A stretch of DNA of 64,000 nt. Source: an uncultured Gemmatimonadales bacterium. Its GTDB lineage: Bacteria; Gemmatimonadota; Gemmatimonadetes; Gemmatimonadales; Gemmatimonadaceae. Below the pieces are notes generated by a model. The model searched no databases and had not been told where the DNA came from. It was given only the letters and a program-made list of their open reading frames with translations. The stretch's first letter is position 1. Each line of letters opens with the position of its first letter. The position numbers were made by a program, and so were the translations under genes. Of the stretch, positions 58,520 through 64,000 are shown in pieces. The stretch is from positions 1,952,001 through 2,016,000 of the forward strand of contig CAWKMU010000003.1 in assembly GCA_963850905.1 (NCBI GenBank), in the 5' to 3' direction.

Positions 58520-59326
58520 TCACGGCGCGCTTCCGCCGCCAGCATCGGACGCCGGCGGCCCGGGCATTGGAGAAACGAACGAGTAGGGCGCATGAGGTCC
58601 TAAAAGAAGCACTCGGATCAATGAGTGTGCAATCTCGACCCGAGAAACGCTGCTGCGGTAGATGGAAACCGTGTCCCTGGCGACGAGATGAGAAAGTACG
58701 GTGGCGGACGGAGCGCGCTGCGAGTAGACCGCTTCCTCGCGGATCAGCGCACCGGCAGCCTCGCGCAACTGCATGCGAAACGGCTCGATCAGCTCACGCA
58801 GTCGACGGCGCGCGCGGATCGGGCCTGCCAAGCCTGACAAATATGCATATCCCATGCCGGTCGAGCTCGCTGGCGGGCTCGCGTGTCCGGCATCCGCCGT
58901 CGGTGGATGGTCGGCCGCCGCGTCGGCGTGCGCCTCGCCATCCCTTGAAGTCAGTACCAACGACATCTCCAACGCGTCCCTGATCCGACGCCACACAGGT
59001 CGCAGCGACACCAGCCGGCTGCGGTAATCGGCTTCCAATGCGACGTCGTCCTCGAAGAGCTGTCCGAACCGAGCGGGAAGCACGTCGTCACCCATCGAGA
59101 GTATGGTGTCGCACACGTGATCGTGCTCGCTCACGTGTGCGGCCGTGACCGAGGGCGGTGCCTCCACGGTGCTCACCCACGCCACCGGTGGTCTGTCCTC
59201 GAGCGCGCCATCGCCTGGCAGCGGGACTTTGCGAATCGGAATACCCCCGAGCCCCAGGGGAACGTCGGAATCCTGCGCGGCGTGGTCCTGGCTCGACCGG
59301 CTAAGACAGTAGAGATAGATCGCCAC
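58520..59326 (-). CDS. GvpL/GvpF-family gas vesicle protein (divergent)
   Basis: IYLYCL, EHDHV, VLPARFG, GYAYL, GPHAPYSFV; start GTG 59326 inferred. Confidence 0.72.
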   Translation of the reverse strand: MAIYLYCLSRSSQDHAAQDSDVPLGLGGIPIRKVPLPGDGALEDRPPVAWVSTVEAPPSVTAAHVSEHDHVCDTILSMGDDVLPARFGQLFEDDVALEADYRSRLVSLRPVWRRIRDALEMSLVLTSRDGEAHADAAADHPPTADAGHASPPASSTGMGYAYLSGLAGPIRARRRLRELIEPFRMQLREAAGALIREEAVYSQRAPSATVLSHLVARDTVSIYRSSVSRVEIAHSLIRVLLLGPHAPYSFVSPMPGPPASDAGGGSAP

Positions 59327-59387
59327 GCTGAGTCCTGCGCCTGATCGCGGTGCTTCGACGCCGACAGCGGCGCCTGGGCCGCGCGGG

Positions 59388-59684
59388 CTATTGCCCGTCG
59401 GGGTCGCGACCGCGCCGCCCCATCGCACTCTCGACGGCGCTGAGGACGAGTCGCAGATCGAGCTGCACCAGGTCAATGTCGGCAACGGCGAGCGTCACCG
59501 ATCCGGTGACCACCAAGCCCTGATCCAGCACGCGGTTGAGCAGATCACTCAGTACGAGGCGGCGGTCGTCGCCGGAGAACTCATCGAGCGTCGCTCCCTG
59601 ACCGGCAGATTGGACCACCGGGGATGCCATCGAGTCCGGGGCATCGAGGCGCGGCGTGCCGAGACCTCGCGTCGTCCCCGTCAC
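59388..59684 (-). CDS. GvpA-like gas vesicle protein (GvpS/GvpJ type)
   Basis: LSDLLNRVLDQGLVVTGSVTLAVADIDLVQLDLRLVLSAVE; GTGA overlap with the upstream stop. Confidence 0.8.
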   Translation of the reverse strand: MTGTTRGLGTPRLDAPDSMASPVVQSAGQGATLDEFSGDDRRLVLSDLLNRVLDQGLVVTGSVTLAVADIDLVQLDLRLVLSAVESAMGRRGRDPDGQ

Positions 59685-60520
59685 ATCGATCCCGGGTTCC
59701 GCGGCGTGATGGCCGCAGTTGGCGCGGCGGAACCGTCGTCCGACGCGCCCACGAAGTGGTAGGGCGCCCAAGGCCCGGTGAACTCGAAACGAAAGCCTCG
59801 CGGGCCGAAGTCCGCAACTAGTCCGGTGACCGCCAGGCGGAATGCCTCGACCTGCGGCCCGGCGATAAGGAACGAAGCGTTCAGCACCGCGTGTCCCGGC
59901 GCCGCCGGTTGGGACGCCACCGCGTCGCGAACAGAGCTGCGGGCGATTGCAGCGAGCACGGTGAACGCCGCTTTCGCGACCTCGTAGCCGACCCGCTCGA
60001 TCTCAGCACGTCGGGCTTGTTCGAGCTTCCGATCCAGCAAGTAGCGCTGGCCAGGTGACGCCTGGGCGGCGCGCGACTCGAGATCCGCAATCTCGTGGCT
60101 GTGCGTGGACAGCAATGCGAGGAGCGCCTGATCCAGTCGATAGACTCGGACCGTGTACTCGCGCGCGTCGCCAAGCCATTGCAGCGTTTCATCGAGCTCG
60201 ACGCGACGCCGAGCGAGCATCTGCTGCACGCCAGCGGCATCGTGAAACAGCGAAAACAGCGGCAACGGGATGACCGCGGCGTGATCCACCGCCCACGTCA
60301 TCACCCGGTCGTGAGCGCTCGCGCGGTCCCCGAGCCACTCCAGGTCCTGACTCTGTTCCGCGACAAGAGCGGGATCGTATTTCGTCTCGTCGATTGGCGT
60401 CACGATCGCCGCGATATCACCACTTCGCACCACGGCAACGGGTCCGTCGTCGACGCCACTCGGCGCGCCTTCGGGGTCGAACGACCCCCGCACGATGGCA
60501 TACGCGTAGAAGGCAGTCAC
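59681..60520 (-). CDS. GvpL/GvpF-family gas vesicle protein
   Basis: FYAYAI, ASAHDRV, SPGQRYLL, VLNASFLI, TGPWAPYHFV. Confidence 0.85.
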   Translation of the reverse strand: MTAFYAYAIVRGSFDPEGAPSGVDDGPVAVVRSGDIAAIVTPIDETKYDPALVAEQSQDLEWLGDRASAHDRVMTWAVDHAAVIPLPLFSLFHDAAGVQQMLARRRVELDETLQWLGDAREYTVRVYRLDQALLALLSTHSHEIADLESRAAQASPGQRYLLDRKLEQARRAEIERVGYEVAKAAFTVLAAIARSSVRDAVASQPAAPGHAVLNASFLIAGPQVEAFRLAVTGLVADFGPRGFRFEFTGPWAPYHFVGASDDGSAAPTAAITPRNPGSM

Positions 60521-60873
60521 TCCGTGCCGGAACTGTCCGTGGAAGGCAATTGCCCTGCTTCACCGGCCTGCTCGCCCTCAACGCCAGTCCGCGACACGCG
60601 CACAGGTCCACCACTCGTCTCGCGCCCGAGTTTCTCCCGCCACGCCCGGACCTCACGGAGTCGAGCCATGAGATCCGCCTCGCCGTTGCGATACTGGGCA
60701 TCGTCGATCTCGCCCAATTCGAGGCGCATCTCGAGCTCCATGAGCTCCTGTTTGATCGGCGTGTCGTCCGTCAGCTCCTCGTCGACGACGCGTTGGACCT
60801 GCCGCAGGGACCATTGGATCCCGGCGACGGGTCCGGACACAGGAAAGGTGAGGAGCGAGGTGAGAAGGCCCAC
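60517..60873 (-). CDS. gvpG: Gas vesicle protein GvpG
   Basis: LLTFPVSGPVAGIQW...ELELGEIDDAQY...EADLMARL. Confidence 0.82.
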   Translation of the reverse strand: MGLLTSLLTFPVSGPVAGIQWSLRQVQRVVDEELTDDTPIKQELMELEMRLELGEIDDAQYRNGEADLMARLREVRAWREKLGRETSGGPVRVSRTGVEGEQAGEAGQLPSTDSSGTE

Positions 60874-60928
60874 GCGATGGTCCCTGCCGGTACGAATGGG
60901 AGTGCGCCGCGCGCCCAGCGCGCGACTG

Positions 60929-61735
60929 TCAGTTCGCCTTTTCTAGCTTGAGCTTGATGTTGACGAAGTTGTATGGCGGCCATGGCCCCGTGTACTTGAA
61001 CGTCAGCAAGTCCTCATAGCGACGACTGACCTCGCGCACCTTCTCGTCAAAATCCCGCTCCTCGGCTCGATCGACGAGGAAGGCCGCGTTCATGATCATG
61101 CGGTCACCGATCGGCTTGTTGCTCCGGCTCGCGACGGCTAGCGACTTGAGGCCATCGTGGATGTCGGCGACATAGCGGTTGCCCATCTCTTCGAGCGCGC
61201 TCTCGACCAGGCGCCCAAGCTGCATCCGTGCGAAATAAGTCGACGAGGCGGCGTTGCGCGTAATCTCGTCCTTCAGCCGCCGAATCTCGTCGTTTTCGCG
61301 TTCGATGTTCGCGACGACCTTGTCGCGATCCCACAACACCTTGACCCCGAACTCGATCTTGTCCTGCATCTTCTCGAGCACATCACTGAATGCCTGGTAC
61401 GTCGATCGCAGCAGCTCAGAGACGTCATTTTCCGAACGGAACACCGTTCCGAAGGACATTGGGATGACCGTGAACTCTCGCATGACCATCTCGTTCACGA
61501 ACTCATGCGCGAGGACATTGTCACGCGTGGGATCGTAGATCACGATCGGTGTGTCGCTCACCACCGCTGCCAGGTCGTTGAACGGCACTGTATAAACGCG
61601 GGTGCCTCCGCCGATCCCGATCTGGCCGAACTCGCGCGGGCGGTCCAGCTGAATGATGCAGTACACGTATTTCCCGCCCTCAACGGCAACGGTCAGAGGT
61701 GCGGTCGGACTTGGTTCGGCGACCGGAAGCGTCAT
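60929..61735 (-). CDS. gvpF: GvpF/GvpL-family gas vesicle protein
   Basis: KYVYCII, LAHEFVNE, VIPMSFGTVF, MIMNAAFLV, YTGPWPPYNFV; GAGG RBS before ATG 61735. Confidence 0.88.
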   Translation of the reverse strand: MTLPVAEPSPTAPLTVAVEGGKYVYCIIQLDRPREFGQIGIGGGTRVYTVPFNDLAAVVSDTPIVIYDPTRDNVLAHEFVNEMVMREFTVIPMSFGTVFRSENDVSELLRSTYQAFSDVLEKMQDKIEFGVKVLWDRDKVVANIERENDEIRRLKDEITRNAASSTYFARMQLGRLVESALEEMGNRYVADIHDGLKSLAVASRSNKPIGDRMIMNAAFLVDRAEERDFDEKVREVSRRYEDLLTFKYTGPWPPYNFVNIKLKLEKAN

Positions 61736-61765
61736 GCGTGTGACCTCGAGGTACAAGGGCCCTGG

Positions 61766-63754
61766 TCACGACGCGGTGGTGCGCGCCGTGCCCCGCTTTG
61801 GATATTCAGTGCCGGAATCAGCTCTCGCAAGACCCTCGCCGCTCTCCTGCTCTTCGATTTCCCGGTCGTGGTCCAAAAGGTCCCTAATTCGGTGCGCCGC
61901 ACCGAGATGGAAGGCGACACTGGTCACGACAATCCGGGGGCGAAACAAGAAGGCCGTCCGGATGTAGAGCGCGGTCTTGTTGTGGAGCAGGTGTTCCCAC
62001 CAGTGCTTCGGCACGATCTCCGGGACCACGACGGTTACCAGATCGCCGGGACCGGCGTTCTCCAGTGCAGTCACGTAGTCCACCAGAGGCCTGATGAGCG
62101 ATCGGTAGGGCGAGGGGAGTACGGTCAGGTCGACGCCGGTGTCCCAGGCGTCCCACTCGAGCTTGAGGGCTGCGGTCTTCTCGGGTTCGACTTCCACGTA
62201 AACGGCGCGCACGTCGTCTGAGATGGCCGTGGCGTAAATGAGCGCGTTCGCCACCGCCTTATGCACGCCAGAGACGGGCACGACCACGAGGTGATGCATC
62301 CCCAGCATCTCCGTCCTGCCATCCAGCTGGATCTCTCGGGCGAAGTGTACGTAGTGCCGTCGGATGCTACGCAGAAGTAGGATGAACAAGGGAATGATCA
62401 CGACGACGATCCACGCGCCATGCGTGAACTTCGTAAAGATCTGGATTACGGTCACGACGCCGGTGGCGACCGCGCCGATCCCGTTGAGCAGTGCCTTCCA
62501 GCGCCAGCCCGTTGCCCGGGTCTTGAGCCAGCGACGCACCATGCCGGCCTGCGAGAGGGTGAAACAGAGGAAGACACCGATGGCGTATAGGGGAATGAGT
62601 GCCGTGGTGTCGCCATGGAAGGCCCAGACCAGCAGCATTGCGACCACTGCGAGCGCGACAATGCCGTTCGAGAACGCGAGCCGGTCGCCGCGGGCCGAGA
62701 GTTGCCGCGGGAGATAGCGCTGATTGGCGAGGATGCTGCCCAGGCGGGGGAAGTCCGCGAAGGACGTATTGGCGGCGAGCACGAGCACCGCGAAGGTCGA
62801 GTACTGCAGCGCGAAGTACAGGGGACTCGTGCCGAAGATTCGGTGTCCCAGTTGGGACAACACGGTCTCGCCGGCGACGGGCAGGATGCGCATGTGCTGG
62901 GTGAGAAAGCTGATCCCCAGGAAAAACACGCCCAGGATCGTGGCCATCCAAGCGAGCGTCGCGGCGGCGTTGCGCGAGCTCGGTCGCTTGAAGGCGCCGA
63001 CGCCGTTGGAGATCGCTTCGGTGCCCGTCATGGCAACGCATCCGCCTGAGAAGGCGCGGAGCAGGAGATAGGTGAAGGCGAAGCCCGAGGGGAAACTGGC
63101 CGCCGCCACCACGGCCGGCGCAGCGACCGGCGTGGTCGTCGCGGACGCGATCAGCGGATGTCCGAGGAAGAATTGCGTGCACCCCGTCGCGATGAGGGCG
63201 AGCATGGCGACGATGAAGGCGTAAGTCGGCACGCTGAATGCGGCACCCGATTCCCGCACGCCGCGCAGGTTCACGAGCATGAGGACCACGATGGCGCCTA
63301 CGCAGAGCGGGACTGTTCGCGGCGCCAACGACGGGTAGGCGGACGTGATGGCCGCAACGCCGCTCGAAATGGAGACCGATACCGTGAGGATGTAGTCGGT
63401 GAGCAGCGCGGCCGCCGCGACCAAGCCGGGCATGACACCCAGGTTCTGGTAGGCGACGGTAAAGGATCCGCCGCCACCCGGGTATGCGAAAATGGTTTGT
63501 CGGTAGGAAAGCGCGACGAGGGCGAGCAGGCCGACGATGACGGCCGAGATTGGAAAGACGTGGGTCAGTGCGGCGGCGCCGAGCGGCGCGAGCACGTACA
63601 AGATCTCATCCGTGGCGTATGCGACAGACGAGATCGCGTCGGATGAGAGAACAGCCAACGCGGTGGTCTTGGTGAGTCGCTCAGTCTCGAGCCGTTCCGT
63701 CGCAAGCGGCCGTCCGACCAACAGGCGCTTGGCACGTCTAAGAGGGTTGGCCAT
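61766..63754 (-). CDS. APC-superfamily permease, YdaO/KimA-like K+ transporter
   Basis: LSSDAISSVAYA, SYRQTIFAYPGGGGS, DYILTVSVS, TGTEAISNGV, AANTSFADFPRL, LIPLYAIGVF, SPYRSL, WWEHLLHN. Confidence 0.85.
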   Translation of the reverse strand: MANPLRRAKRLLVGRPLATERLETERLTKTTALAVLSSDAISSVAYATDEILYVLAPLGAAALTHVFPISAVIVGLLALVALSYRQTIFAYPGGGGSFTVAYQNLGVMPGLVAAAALLTDYILTVSVSISSGVAAITSAYPSLAPRTVPLCVGAIVVLMLVNLRGVRESGAAFSVPTYAFIVAMLALIATGCTQFFLGHPLIASATTTPVAAPAVVAAASFPSGFAFTYLLLRAFSGGCVAMTGTEAISNGVGAFKRPSSRNAAATLAWMATILGVFFLGISFLTQHMRILPVAGETVLSQLGHRIFGTSPLYFALQYSTFAVLVLAANTSFADFPRLGSILANQRYLPRQLSARGDRLAFSNGIVALAVVAMLLVWAFHGDTTALIPLYAIGVFLCFTLSQAGMVRRWLKTRATGWRWKALLNGIGAVATGVVTVIQIFTKFTHGAWIVVVIIPLFILLLRSIRRHYVHFAREIQLDGRTEMLGMHHLVVVPVSGVHKAVANALIYATAISDDVRAVYVEVEPEKTAALKLEWDAWDTGVDLTVLPSPYRSLIRPLVDYVTALENAGPGDLVTVVVPEIVPKHWWEHLLHNKTALYIRTAFLFRPRIVVTSVAFHLGAAHRIRDLLDHDREIEEQESGEGLARADSGTEYPKRGTARTTAS

Positions 63755-64000
63755 CGCGTGATCGGCGTAAGATGCGCGGAGAGTAGCCCTCGCGGCAGCG
63801 GTCCGTTGGATTATTGGCGGGCCGCCAGCAGCGTGTAGCCGGAAGAAGACGTTTCGGGGGGTGGTTGGTTGCTAGATTGGTCGCGGGGCCCGAGAGGAGT
63901 CACACCGGCGTATGGCAACGAGAGTAGTCGACCGGGAAGGCCAGGCGAGCCAGCCTGGACAATTCGAAGGCCGAGGGCGGGGTGAGGCAACGCCCTCCTC

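Noticed and set aside
63755..64000. c-di-AMP (ydaO) riboswitch upstream of the KimA-like permease
   Set aside because: I could not find the conserved ydaO motifs in the available 245 nt; one could lie beyond the window edge.
52576..64000. Genomic island integrated at tRNA-Lys
   Set aside because: No integrase and no duplicated tRNA 3' end within the window, and the same hairpin family continues on both sides.

Overview
High-GC bacterial chromosomal window; gene content and order suggest Gemmatimonadota (inference). Most of it is housekeeping: LPS core genes, an FHA-GAF adenylate cyclase, trpE, tig-clpP-clpX-lon-engB, tRNA-Leu, degP, dnaK, deoC, a phosphate block (ppk1 convergent with phoB-phoR-pstS-porin-pstCAB1B2-phoU-ppx), thiD, trmH-family/pilD, a second lon and ffh-rpsP-rimM-trmD-rplS-rnhB. 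Five things stand out. (1) A tRNA-Lys(UUU) gene is split by a 232-nt group I intron after U34. (2) About 12-13 intergenic modular hairpin elements have arms built of tandem heptamers of several interchangeable sequence classes; several share an inner GGCCAG stem and a terminal TAACGGC, and several supply stop codons. (3) A c-di-GMP-I riboswitch precedes a secreted beta-helix lipoprotein. (4) A gas-vesicle cluster lies between a KimA-like K+ permease and a PAS histidine kinase. (5) Single-base lesions occur in ppk1, pstS (CGA->TGA at the phosphate-binding Arg) and the trmH-family gene; these may be real or assembly errors. All calls come from motif reading; no database searches were run.
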